A DNA stretch of 63,552 bases, counting the filler, from Chiloscyllium plagiosum (lineage: Eukaryota): the NCBI RefSeq assembly GCF_004010195.1. It is 4 parts of one record of this genome, joined end to end, with 100 filler letters (N's around TTAATTAATTAA, not from the genome) between each part and the next. Parts side by side here need not be neighbours in the genome. Positions count along the whole stretch, not along the records: positions 1 to 17,261 come from NC_057712.1; 3 more parts are not named here. One strand, given 5' to 3'. Positions within the stretch are counted from its first letter, which is position 1; each line of letters begins with the position of its first letter. The notes below the pieces were generated by a model. That model saw nothing but the letters and a program-made list of their open reading frames with translations, did no database searches and was not told the DNA's origin. Positions 1-11,489 of this stretch are shown piece by piece. A program made the translations under genes and the position numbers.

Positions 1-128
1 CCCACCCCCCCAAGTATCCAAAATGGTATACTTGTTCTTGAGGGGAACGGCCGCAGGGGGTCCCTGCACTGGCTGCTTCCTCCCAGTCCCCCTCACTGTC
101 ACCCATCTATCTGCCATCTTTGGAGTTA
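1..128 (-). mobile_element. CR1 LINE ORF1 fragment
   Basis: Minus strand reads VPLKNKYTILDTWGG, matching the IPISNRYAVLENVGG segment of the CR1 ORF1 at 40288-41023. Confidence 0.6.
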
Positions 129-529
129 CTTTGGAGTGAAGACTGTAGGAAGACTTGATCTGGCCCAGCTACAGACCATCTGGAGAGAGAGAGAAGACTG
201 CCCTGACCCATGCGAGACCCACCATTATGGAAGAGTTGGAGATAAAGGAGATTCTAACAGTCCAGCTCAAACACGTTGATAATTGCCGCTAGATAGAGAA
301 TAAGTATTGTGTGAATTTGGAAATGCTCACATCATCTTTTAATAGGAACATTTTGTTAATAGAATTTGGTTTGCGATTTTATGTCCCTTTATCTATCTCA
401 ACGAAAAGAGCACTCAGGTAAAGTGTTTTTAATACATAAACTGGTTGAAGAGTCCAAAGCACAGACATCAACCACAACCTGCAAACCATTTACCATCCTG
501 ATTTAGATCAATAGTACAATTCATTCAGT

Positions 530-670
530 GTTGCTGGGTCAAAATCCTGGAACCCGCGCCCTAACAGTACTCTTGAAGTCCTTACATTCCAGAGACTGCA
601 GCAGTTCTAGGAGGAAGCTAATCATCACTTTCTTCATGGCAATTAGGGTTGGGTAATAAATACTGGCTAT
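530..670 (+). mobile_element. 3' end of second LINE family (CR1/L2 group)
   Basis: gctgggtcaaaatcctgga...ggcaattagggttgggtaataaatactggc; the same tail recurs at ~23020-23190 (-), ~26570-26715, ~33020-33125 and on the SINE at 13215-13541. Confidence 0.65.
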
Positions 671-914
671 GAACAAATAGAAAAAGACCAAATTCTGTGA
701 GAAATGACCATTAAGGAATACTACATTGGAAAGTGCTGCTCTTTCCCACAAGGTGGCAGCATTGTGCAGCTGCCATGTATTGATGCCCTGAATTGACAAA
801 TTCAGTGCATGTACAATGTTAAAAAGAAACTGTAAAACTGGACAACAATGTTGAATAAAATAAATACTAAATAAATAATACATCTTTATCACAGGTGTGC
901 TCAGTATTTATTCA

Positions 915-1760
915 ATTTTATTGCAAAACAAAACAAAAGCTTGGAACATACAATTAATGATGTGGAGGTGCCGATGTTGGACGGGGTGGACAAAGTTGAA
1001 AATCACACAACACCAGGTTATAATCCAACAGGCTTGTACTTTCACACAAACCTGTTGGATTATAACTTGGTGTCATACAATTAATGGTAGGGCCTTGGGT
1101 AGTGTTGTAGAATTGAGGGACCTGGGGGTGTCGGTACATAATTCATTGAAGTTTGTGTCAAATATAGACTTCATTGCTCAGTCCTTTGAATATATGAGTT
1201 GGGAAGTCATGTTGAGGTTGTACAGGACATTGGTGATACCACTTCTGGAATATTGTGTCCAGTTCTGGTTCCCCCGTTGTAGAAAGAACATTATTAAGGT
1301 GGAGAGGTTTCAGAAGAAATTTATTAGAATGTTGCCAGTTATGGAGGTCTGAGTTATAAAGAAAGTCTGCATAGCCTGGACTGGAGCATAAGAGGTTGAG
1401 ATGTAAGCTGATAGAAGTTTATAAAATAATGAGGGGTATAGATAGAGTTAGTGGTAGTTGTTTTTCGCCCTAGAGTGGATTTCAAGACAAAGGGTCACGT
1501 TTTTTAAGGTGACAGGAGAGAGATTTAAAAAGACATAAGAAGCAAACTTTTTAACAGAGGGTGGTTCGCGTGTAGAATGAACTTCGTAAGCAAGTGGTGG
1601 TTGTGGTACAATTACAACATTTAAAAGACATTTGGATAAGTACATGAATAGGAAAGGTTTGGATGGAAATGGCAGGTGGAACTAGTTTAGTTTGGGATTA
1701 TGTTCGACATGGACTGGTTGGACCAAAGGGTCGGTTTCCATGTAGTGTGATTCCATGACC
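915..1760 (+). mobile_element. CR1 (HER1-like) LINE 3' fragment: RT C-terminus and 3' UTR
   Basis: ORF 897-1352 contains RDLGVSVH and LYRTLVIPLLEYCVQFWFP...VERFQKKFIRMLP, typical of the CR1 ORF2 C-terminus. Interrupted by the insert at 960-1073. Confidence 0.9.
960..1073. mobile_element. Penelope-derived mini inverted-repeat insertion (family B)
   Basis: Arms acaccaggttataatccaacagg / cctgttggattataacttggtgt; 13-bp TSD catacaattaatg at 947-959 and 1074-1086; homologous to the ends of 62617-63551. Confidence 0.85.
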
Positions 1761-1911
1761 TCAGAAACAGAAGGGTTGTTTCTGTCTTATTAAATTTTGA
1801 AAGATCTTCAGGAGCATGAAGTTCAGCGATTCACGAAAAATAAATACAGTTCATGCAAAATTCAAGTATTAATGTTAGGTGACTGTAAGTTATGTGATTT
1901 GATCCATTTAA

Positions 1912-2249
1912 GGGTGACATGGTAGCTCAGTTGTTAGCACTGTGGTCTCACAGCGCCAGGGACCCGAGTTCGATTCCATACTCGGTCAACTGTCTGTGTG
2001 GAGCTTGCACATTTTCCCCATGTCTGCATGGGTTTTCTCCAGGTGCTCCAGTTTCCTTCCACAGTACAAAGATGTGCAGGTTAGGGTGTATTGCCATGCT
2101 AAATTATCCATGGTGTCCAAGGATGTGTAGAGTAAGTGGATTAGCCATGGGAAATGCATGGTTATGGGGATGAGGTGGGTCTGAGTGGAATGCTGTTTGG
2201 AGGATCATTGTGGACATGAGTGGCTTGCTTCCACACTGTAGGGATTCTA
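1912..2249 (+). mobile_element. HE1/V-type tRNA-derived SINE
   Basis: tRNA-like head (B box gagttcgattcc), V-domain tgtctgtgtggagcttgcacattttccccatgtctgcatgggtttt, CR1-like tail ccacactgtagggattcta. Confidence 0.9.
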
Positions 2250-3392
2250 CAAATGTTGTTCAGTCTTAGGTTAAGTTGTGTGTTAATTCTGTTACACAGT
2301 AGGATAAATGCCCACCTCTTAATCATCTGCAAATTGCAATTAGGAGACATTTAAGTAGTTTCACTAGGTGAAGGTTGGCTCAAATATTTACTGATCAAAA
2401 AAACTGCTCGAGAATTGATCATTACAGAATGGGGGAAGACGAGAATATTGCCCAGGGAGACAAAGACAGACTTTGTGGGAGTTGTGGACAAATTCTTCTC
2501 CCTGCATCAGAAAGGAAAGGAAGTGGTAGAAAGCAGGTAGCACTAATCATCCATTCAAGCTCCTTGAATGATCATGATGTGTAAAGGAAATCTGTGTCCT
2601 GCAGAATCCCAGTTGACTGTCAATGCAATCCTGTAACCAAGCAACCAGCCAGGACCCATTCATTCTTTCCATGAAGCAATTACATAAATGTAACAGATTA
2701 GGTGTTTTGGAGGTTTCTGTGCACTTCAAATTATTGTATTTGACTGATATAATTGAAACAAAAAGCAGATGTTGGATAACTGAAATTAAAACAAAACGCG
2801 AGAGACACCTAACAGGTCTGGCAGCATCTGAGAAGAGAGAAAATCAGAGTTAACATTTGACTTTTCATCAATTCTAATGGATTCTACTTCTACTGAAAGA
2901 TCATTGACCTGAAATGTTGGCCTGGATTTTCAGCATGTTCAGCAAACTCAGGACCCCTCTCAAAATGGCAGGCAGTATCCAATTCTGCGATTCTTGTCCC
3001 AGTTTTCCTTTTCACCAGCATTCTATAAGAGTGCGAGAGTTAGAATGTACAGACTAAATATGGTGTCCCATTATGTGGACAGGGACCTCAAGGTCCTGGT
3101 GAATGGGTAGTGCAGATGTGGATTGGCCTCTCCCCCCAGGACTGGTAGTGGAGGCCAGTCCTCCCATACTACTAACCCAGTGTGGATTCTGTGCTGCCTC
3201 CTCAATCACTCAGGGCACATTTCCCACAGCCGCACCAGCACTAGCAGCTGTGCCATCCACTTTCAAATCATTCAATCGCTTCGTTTATCAATGTAAGACC
3301 ATAATAGGGCAGCAAGAATCAAAATAGGTGGTGAGGTGCTCACCATGTGGCCCTCATCCTGTATGAGGGAAGTGTCCTGACCTTAACTGACT

Positions 3393-4026
3393 TGTTATGG
3401 ACTAGGCCAGGCCACTCAAAACATTCTTGAGCAGGCAACACAGACCATAGCTTTGCAATTTGTTTCAGTAAGTGTACAGTGAAAATTACCCAGAGTAAGT
3501 TAGTGAGGTTGACTACTAGGTTTTAAAACAGACAGAAATTTATTCACAAAATTTCACAATGAAACAAAGAACAGAATAAAGAACCCTAACAGAAATCAGT
3601 CTATCAAAACTAGACTTAATAATGCTGTTCCGAATATACACAACAGTTCCATTAAGCAAACCTCCTTAAAAAAACAGTTAAAAACGGAACAGATGCTTAC
3701 AGGTTGAAGTTAGAAGGGCAGAAAGAGAGAGAGAGCCTGCTTTCACATAGATGAACTCCTAACTAGTTCTGGACTGGACTGCTCAGCTAGAGAGCTGACT
3801 ACTCACCTTTCATTATACAGGTCACGTCTAAAACATGACCACTTTGGCCTGAAGTTTCATCTGTTTACATATAAACAAAAAGGCTTCTCAATACCCGTCA
3901 ATCTCTGTACCAAACCAATCTAATCAAGGCCGGAAATGTTTTATTACCCCTCTGAAAAAAACCAAGGACACAGTATCCTTGAGAAAAGGAACAGCTTTTA
4001 GAAAAAAAGGGGCCAGCTTTGTGACA
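3393..4026 (-). repeat. 3' LTR (634 bp)
   Basis: tgttatggac...ttgtgaca, a direct repeat of 9099-9728; about 12 differences in the first ~110 aligned bases by eye. Confidence 0.95.
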
Positions 4027-4039
4027 CCTTCCCCCCCTT
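4027..4039 (-). other. Polypurine tract
   Basis: ccttccccccctt (minus: aagggggggaagg) immediately inside the 3' LTR. Confidence 0.9.
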
Positions 4040-4211
4040 AAAAAAAAGAAACATCGATACCAAAAGATGGCTTCATTTTTAAAACCCTTCAAAAACAAAC
4101 TAGTTAGTAGTCTAAAACATACACATGCACTCTACTAACTATATACATGCAAACACACACAACTACATGCGAATTCAGACTGTGGTACACCCGCCACAAC
4201 ATCTCCATATC

Positions 4212-4739
4212 TCATTTGAGTCTCAATAATGCTTCGGCAATCATGTTTTTGCAACCCGACACATGAAGAATTGTCAAATTGAATGACCGCAACAACAAGC
4301 TCCATCTAAATGGTCTGGCATTTTTGTCCTTAATTTTTTCCACAGATGTCAATGGGTTATGGTCAGTGTATACGATTGTCTCAGATGCATGGCTGGAAAT
4401 ATAAACACTGAAATGTAATGCCAACACGAAGCTTAAAGTCTCTGTCTCCATAGTTGTATATTTCTTTTCATGAATGTTTAACTTTCTGGAAAAATACCTG
4501 ATGGGTCTTTCGATTCCTTCGTTATCCTCCTGCAGGACCAATGCACCAACATCCACATCACTGGCATTGATAGCCACCTTAAAAGGCTTTGTGTAATCAG
4601 GTGCGGCTAATACTGAGGCAGAGGTTAACACAGTTTTTAGGCTGTCAAATCCTTTTGACAGTCTGCTGTCCACTGAAACTTCTTGCCCCTTTTTTAACAA
4701 TTCCATGAATGGAGCAGCCACACTGCTAAAGTTTGGCAC
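4212..4739 (-). pseudogene. Gypsy pol connection/RNase H domain
   Basis: VLAAPDYTKPFKVAINASDVDVGALVLQ...YFSRKL...YTTMETETL...VYTDHNPL...RWSLLL...NMIAEAL. Confidence 0.92.
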
Positions 4740-4759
4740 AACTTCATTTTCGCATCACA

Positions 4760-5400
4760 TGGGGCCATTTGACCATGTTCAATAACATGGTCCAGGAAGG
4801 TGACTTGGGGTTTGGCAAATTCACTTGTAGCTAGGTTTATCACAAAGCCTGCCTTCCGAAGTCGATCAAACAAGTCTGCTGAATGCTGTAAATATTCCTT
4901 CCATGAATGACTAAAAACCAGGTCATCAATGTAAACAATACAATTGGGTGACCTTATTAGTCAGTTTTTGAAATGTGGCTGGAGCATTTTTCATACCAAA
5001 TGGCATGACTTTGACCTGATATAGTCCATTTGGCATTATGAAAACGGAAATCACCTTTGCTCTCTCTGGTAGAGGTACTTGACAGTAGTCTCTGAGCAAG
5101 TCCAACTTAGAAATGTAAGTTGCTTGTCCTACTTTTTCAACACTGTCCTCTAACCATGGAATTGGATAATCATCAGTCTCTGTAATGGTGTTGACTTTGC
5201 GATAGTCTGCACATAACTGTTGGGTACCATTTGACTTTGACATCATGACTATGGGTGAGCTCCACTCACTGTAACTCACTTTGATTATGCCATCTTGGAG
5301 CATGCGCTCTATCTCCTTCTGAAACTGTGCCAACTTTAGACGGTTATGCCTTTAAGGATGTTGCTTAATTGGAACAGCATCTCCTATATCTACATCATGC
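4760..5400 (-). pseudogene. Gypsy reverse transcriptase domain
   Basis: SEWSSPIVMM, LCADYRKVN, SKLDLLRDYCQVP, MPFGMKNAPATFQ; a YIDD motif follows in a shifted frame near 4925-4936. Confidence 0.92.
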
Positions 5401-5865
5401 ACAATTAAGTTAGTACTTCCATTTATTTCCACATATCTCCCCATGTGATTGTAATAACTCTTTCAGGTCATTTTTATTTTCTTGTGAAAAGTAACTCAAT
5501 AATTTATCCCAATTTTTGACAACTTTCTCATTGTCCAATTTGATTTGAGGAATGTCCAATTCAGAAATCCTCTGAACTTGGTTCTTCCTTCTGTGCTGTA
5601 ATCTGTGCTGTAACCTTCTCCTCTTGCTTTCCTTCCCTATCAAAATGACTTTTGAGCAAATTCATATGACTCAGTCAGTGAGATTTCTTCCTGTCTGGAA
5701 TCCTTATCAAGTAGTTCACCTCACTCAATTTCTTCTCAATTTGATAAGGTCCACTAAACCTTCCTTTTAAAGGCTCACCTGTTACTGAAAGTAACACCAG
5801 TACCTTATTCCCAATTGCAAAATTGCAAATTTGTGATTTCATATCCACTTCCTGTTTCATTGTAT

Positions 5866-6111
5866 GGAAATACAATTGTTGGACTGGGATGTACAAAGTT
5901 AAAAATCACACAACACCAGGTTATATCCAACAGACTTAATTGGAAGCACTAGCTTTCAGGGCACCACTCTTTCATCAGGTGGTCATCAACCTTCACATCC
6001 GAACTATTCAAGGAATGAGCGGCGCTCCTGATGAAGGAGCGGCGCTCCGAAAGCTAGTGCTTCCAAATAAACCTGTTGGACTATAACCTGGTGTTGTGTG
6101 ATTTTTAACTT
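5866..6111. mobile_element. Penelope-derived inverted-repeat insertion (family B) inside the Gypsy element
   Basis: 13-bp TSD tgtttcattgtat (5853-5865, 6112-6124); inverted arms, each carrying a hammerhead-like core. Confidence 0.9.
6025..6059 (+). ncRNA. Minimal hammerhead ribozyme motif (family B)
   Basis: ctc CTGATGA a GGAGC ggc GCTCC GAA AGCT A gtg. A degenerate minus-strand copy lies at 5946-5981. Confidence 0.65.
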
Positions 6112-6313
6112 TGTTTCATTGTATATTGTGATACTTTTAAATGCTGTCTTGCCAACTCTCCAGCTCTATTTAATCGTTCTTTAAAATTTGATATATAGTC
6201 CAAACGGGTGGTCTCTGAATTCTGACTTACTAATTTCTCCTAAATCATTTTTAATGTTCTTCTTACTTCATGCCTCAAAATTAATTCAAATGTATTAAAT
6301 TTTGTCGATTCAT

Positions 6314-7000
6314 TCAAGCATCTCTGATCACAAAAAGTACAAACAGAACTCCCTTATCCCAATCATCTGGATAATCCTGATCGTAAGCCCTTAACATGGT
6401 CTTTAGTGTTTGATCCCATCTCTCTAGCGCTCCCTGTGATTCTGGATGGTATGCAGTAGATTTAAATTGCTTTATTCCCAAGTTATCCATAACTTCCTTG
6501 AATAGTTTGGATGTGAAGGTTGATTCTTGATCTGACTGAATCTCTATTGGTTGTCTGTATCTAGTAAAAATATTAAGTAATTCTTCTACAATCCTTTTCG
6601 TTGTGATATTACTTAATGGGATTGCCTCTGGAAATCTAGTTGACACATCCATTATTGTTAATGAATAATTATTCCCAGTTTTTGTTTGAGGTAGGGGACC
6701 CACGCAGTCAATCAAGACGCTTATGAAAGGTTCCTCAAATGCTGGAACAGGTTTTAAAGGTGCAAGTTTTATTACTGTCTGTGGTTTTCCTAATAGCTGA
6801 CATGTGTGACATATCTGGCAAAATTCAACTACATCCTTGTGTAGTCCAGGCCAGTAAAAATGTCTTTATATTTTAACCTGTGTTTTCCTCACCCCTAAAT
6901 GATCTCCAAATGGTAGCTTAAGCGCCACTTACAGCACCTCCTTTCTATACCCTACTGGTCAAACAATTTGATGAATCGCTGCCCATTTCTCAGCTGCTTG
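6314..7000 (-). pseudogene. Gypsy integrase (zinc finger and DDE core)
   Basis: IDCVGPLP, IMDVSTRFPEAIPL, IQSDQES, YHPESQGALERWDQTLKTML; upstream HFYWPGL and CQICHTC. Confidence 0.92.
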
Positions 7001-7197
7001 AATGTGTGATGATCTCCATTTCCTCATTAAGACATCATTTTTTAAGTAATAACACACAAGATTGTATTCACTTTCCTTTTCCATCAATGCCTTTTGATAC
7101 AACTGTTTTAAGTTCTCATCTTTCTGCTGTAATTAGATAAGCTTAGCAGAGCTAAAGATACTTGCATGTTGACCTATTTGCTCCTGCGCTGTCCCAC

Positions 7198-9000
7198 TTA
7201 TCTGATCAAAAATGTCTCGGATAAAGCTATGCCAGCTTCCTTATGTGTGCCTTTTGATCTCTCCTGCTTCAATGTGTGACTCTGTGATGTTGTGATCACA
7301 CAATCTGGGAAAATTCTAGGATAAGCATCCTTCATTTTTTCAGTTGCCTGCGTCTCCACTGGCTTTTCAACTAGGGTAGGCAGCATGCCTACTGGTGAAT
7401 CAGACATATCATTTGCAAGGACGAATTGTATTCCTGGAGCTGGGAGTTTGTCCAGTACTCCTACCACAAATTCTCTACTCTTCTCCTGACTCTCTAGCCT
7501 CACTTTACATAATTGAATGCTTTTGTCTCTCCATGAATTCCTGTTACAAGTATCTTTTATGGCTATAGTCCATCAAGAGTACATATCTCCTCATCCTGCA
7601 GTATCACAGACTGAGAGGATCCTGTGTCCCTTAATATTGTAATCTCTTTACCTACTACTCCTGGTCTATGTGAATAAACTTTACCCTTGCATGTATATTT
7701 TTAAGCAGATCTGGCACTTCCTCCTTTATCAACCTCTGATCATCTTGTACACTCTGAGGCAGTTGTCTAACTTCCCTTGTGCTTTTTGTTACTAGTCCAA
7801 CAAAACTCCCAGACTTGTCTGGTTTTCCTACATCTGGCTTTTTCCTAGCCCACCAACACTGTGATTTTGTGTGGCCCACTTTATTACAATGAAAACACCA
7901 GAGCTTTTTAACTTCTTTGTCCCCTTCAAATGTTTCTTTTTTTTTACCCTGTGGTAATTTTCCTTATGATCTTCACTTAGATCTACCTTTCCCTTTCTCT
8001 TTGCCCTAATTTCTATCCCTCATGGACTGAAATTGATTCTGGAAGCCAAACTGTTTTATGGACCAGCTCATCATTATCAACCACCTCAGCTGCTAACCTT
8101 GCTGTTTTAACTCTGTGCTTTCCACAGGGGTTTGCACTACTTCAGGCAGTGAATTTTTGAATTCCCCAAAATAATTACCTCTCTTAGGGCATCATAGGTT
8201 TGCTTGGTTTTTAAAGCTCTTTCCATCTATTGAAATTACTCTGTTTGATCCTTTCATACTCAACATAGGTTTGTTTAGGGTCCCTCTTTAGATTCCTGAA
8301 CCATTGTCTATAGGCTTCTGGTATAGCTCATATGCACTTAAAATGGCTTTTTTTTCACCTTCTCATACTCCCCAGGTGCCTCCTCTGATAGTGATGCGAA
8401 TACCTCACTAGATCTACCTATAAGTTTCGTTTGGATCATCAAAACCCACATTGCCACTGCATTTGTTTAGCCATCTTTTCAAATGAGATGAAAAAGACTT
8501 CCACATTCTTCTCATCAAATTTAGGCAATGCTTGAACATACTTAAACAGTTTCTCACTAGGTTTCTGATTACCAGGGGCTTACTCCTCCTCATTCTCTTC
8601 CTTACTAAGCCTACCCTTAGCCTTTATCTCCAGTCTTTTACACTGACTTTCCTTTTTAAGTGTCAGTTTATGAGGTTCAAAAGCTCTCTCTTTTTCCCTC
8701 TCTTCTGCTTTTAATTGTAACTCAAACTGTTTCATTTCTGCTGCCCTTATTTCTCGCCTCTAACGCAAGCTGTTTCATTTGCACTTGAGTTCTTGCCATC
8801 TCTATCGATTTTGATGGTTTCTCCAGCAAGTTTAAATGCTGAGCTACTGCAGTAATTATCTTTCCTTTCCTCACAAAGCAGGCTGGTCCAATTCCAGCTT
8901 CTCTGCTAATTCCTGCAGCATGGTCTTATTCACTTTTTGCAAAACTTCCAAAGTCACTGCATCCACTTCCAGAAAACTTGTGGTGACTGAAAGAGCCATC
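7198..9000 (-). pseudogene. Gypsy gag (capsid and CCHC knuckle) and protease relic
   Basis: Manual minus-strand reading gives LPKFDEKNVEVFFISFEK, AILSAYELYPEAYRQWFRNL, CFHCNKVGHTKSQC (~7858-7900) and protease ILRDTGSSQS (~7610-7640). Confidence 0.85.
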
Positions 9001-9077
9001 ACTATCTCAAGCTTTGTCTACCCAACCAAACCAACACCTGAAATAAAGATACTAGCACCTATTACTCGCTGTTTAAA

Positions 9078-9095
9078 ATCCCGCAAAGAGACCCA
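9078..9095 (-). other. Degenerate primer-binding site, possibly tRNA-Pro
   Basis: Minus tgggtctctttgcgggat lies 3 nt inside the 5' LTR and resembles TGGGGGCTCGTCCGGGAT with several mismatches. Confidence 0.5.
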
Positions 9096-9098
9096 ATC

Positions 9099-9728
9099 TG
9101 TTATGGACGAGACCAGACCACTCAAAACATTCTTGTGCAGGCAACCTAGACCATAACTTGGCAATCTGTTTCAGTAAGTGTATAGTGAAAATTACCTGGA
9201 GTAAGTTAGCTAGGTTGACTACTAGATTTTAAAACAGACAGAAATTTATTCACAAAATTATACAATGAAACACAAAGAACAGAAAGAATAACCTCTCCAG
9301 AACTCAGTCTGTCCAAACTGGAGCTAATTATGCTGTTCCAAATACACACAACAGTCCCAATAAGCAAACTTCCGTAAATAAACATTTAAAAATGGAACAG
9401 ATGCTTACAGGTTGAGGTTAGAAGGGCCGAAAGAGAGAGATAGCGTGTTTCCACACAGCTGAACCCTTAACTGGTTCTGGACTGATCTGCTCAGCGAGAG
9501 AGCTGACTACTCCCCTTTCATTATACATGTCACTTCTAAAACATGACCACTTTGGCCTGAAGTCTCATCCGTTTACATACAAACAAAAAGGATGCTCAAT
9601 ACCTTTTAATCTCTGTACCAGTCTGATCGGAGCTGGGAGTGTTTTATCATCCCTCTGAAAAAAAACAAACTCACAGTATCCTTGAGAAAAGGATCAGCTT
9701 TTAGAAAAAAGGGACAAACTTTGTGACA
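9099..9728 (-). repeat. 5' LTR (630 bp)
   Basis: Direct repeat of 3393-4026, followed by TSD GACT. Confidence 0.95.
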
Positions 9729-10744
9729 GACTCAAGCAGCCTGCTGACTGTGCCCAAGCTCATGGGCTGATAGTGGAGAATGCCCTTGACTCATGTGCTG
9801 GGACCCCTAACTTAAGGATGTCTCCCTTGATGTGACTGGTCACCATTCCCCTTAGACCTGGAGACATGGCCATTTTGTTGAAGCACTTGCAGAATGTCTG
9901 CCATGTCAGCTGATGGTACCTAATGCAGATTTAATAATTACATAGCATGGTGATGTGCAGCAGCACATTTAGCCCTTTGACAACAATGACAAGATGTCTG
10001 GTTTTCCGACTGGGTTAAAAAGTGAGGTAGAGATGCTGTGAGCATCTAAGTATGCGCAAGAGGAGTGAGTGCTCAAAAAGCAAGAGAGCCATGCTGAGAT
10101 GCAGCCTGGTTCAAACTGTCCACTGATGCCAGTTTCAGCAAGCAGTATGTCCTTGTCGTGGCATTGCCATGAGAGGTGTTTGTTTGCTCCAAGATGTACT
10201 GTAAATGGATTGGAGATGTGCCATATACACGAGGAGAAGCTGGCAGATGCCAATGTTCAGATGTGTGGCTGCTGCACATAGAATGTGCCCTGAAATGCTG
10301 ATGCCAGGTATCTAGTTTCTATCCAGCCCATGCTTGAACTTACCAGTGCAATAAGGAGGTCAGTTTCAGGGTTAACAAGGGTGATAATGACTAATAATTC
10401 CAACTGAATAAGCATCTGATGACTCACTTGTCTTGACAGCTATAACTCTGTTGGAAAGTACAGCTTGTTCTTCCCAACATCCAGAAATGCTTTGATGGAC
10501 TTCTCACACAATTCTTCCAGATGTTTCACCATACCCCACGCTGTTCATGGCCCTAAACTATTCTGTCTTGTTCATGGAAGTCACAGTCATTAAGAAATGG
10601 ACAAGGAGTTAAACATCACTCAAAACATTAATTTTGTTTCCCTCTCTCGAGTTGCTATCAGACCTGCTCAGTTTCTTCAGCACTTTCTGTTTTCTTTATT
10701 TCAGATCTTCAGCATCTGAGGGATTTTACTTTTATAAGCCATTC

Positions 10745-11070
10745 AACATAGGAGCTGAAGTAGGCCATTCAGCCCCACCAGGTCTGCTCTGCCATTTAAT
10801 GAGATCATGGCTAATTTGATTTTCTTCCTGATTAAAAATCTGACTATCTCAACCTTGAATATGCTTAATGACCCAACTTGATAGCAAAAAACATTTCACA
10901 GATTCCTAACCCTCTGAGTGAAGAAATTCCTTGTCATCTCTGTATGAAATGTGTGACACCTTGTTCTGAGACTATGTCCTGTGGTCTTTGATTCTCTTAC
11001 AAACCTTTCCACATCCACCCTGTCAAGTTTCCTAAGAGTCTCATATATTTGGATAAGGTCACCTCTTCAA
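10745..11070 (-). mobile_element. Old CR1 3' end
   Basis: Reverse complement of the CR1 3' UTR type also seen at 58400-58860. Confidence 0.7.
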
Positions 11071-11489
11071 CTTCTAGGATTCTTCTACATTCAATATTAT
11101 ATGCCAAGAAAGGATATCTTCTGCAATGTAACAGACTCACATCCAGCTCCTTGTGATCTGACATCGCCATTACATTGCTTTTCATCCACATGTTCAGGAG
11201 CTGTTCTGAAATTAAATTAAAGCAAAGTATGACATTGGGATACTTGGACATATCCATGAGAATTGCTGACTGTAGCTACGTGATGTAATATCTTTTGTGG
11301 TCTTGCTTCTCATCTTAACCTCCAACGAAAACTTTAAAAAGCATTTCTTAGTTGCAGATAAGTGCTCAAAATCTTCGGAATTTTCTCTGTTCGGAGTTCC
11401 TCACTCTGTTTGTATCCATGGGTTCTGAAAGTCATCATACCTCAAAGATCTGAAGCAAGGTTTAACAGTGCAAATCCAGGAAATTTGCA

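Larger units (their letters stand above)
3393..9728 (-). mobile_element. Full-length decayed Gypsy LTR retrotransposon, Gmr1-like
   Basis: Paired LTRs TG...CA (3393-4026, 9099-9728), 4-bp TSD GACT (3389-3392, 9729-9732), PPT and degenerate PBS. Gag, protease, integrase, RT and RNase H relics lie on the minus strand with many stops and frameshifts. Confidence 0.95.

Noticed and set aside
897..1352. 151-aa ORF as a gene
   Set aside because: Chance fusion of a PLE-derived insert and a CR1 ORF2 relic.
1912..1985. tRNA-like sequences at SINE heads
   Set aside because: They are SINE promoter regions continuing into the V-domain, not tRNA genes.
2920..3392. Possible Harbinger-like relic flanking the Gypsy element (YVDRDLKVLVNG; similar hints at 39340-39950 and 50900-51570)
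   Set aside because: Similarity is too weak, and no matched TIR pair or TSD could be established.
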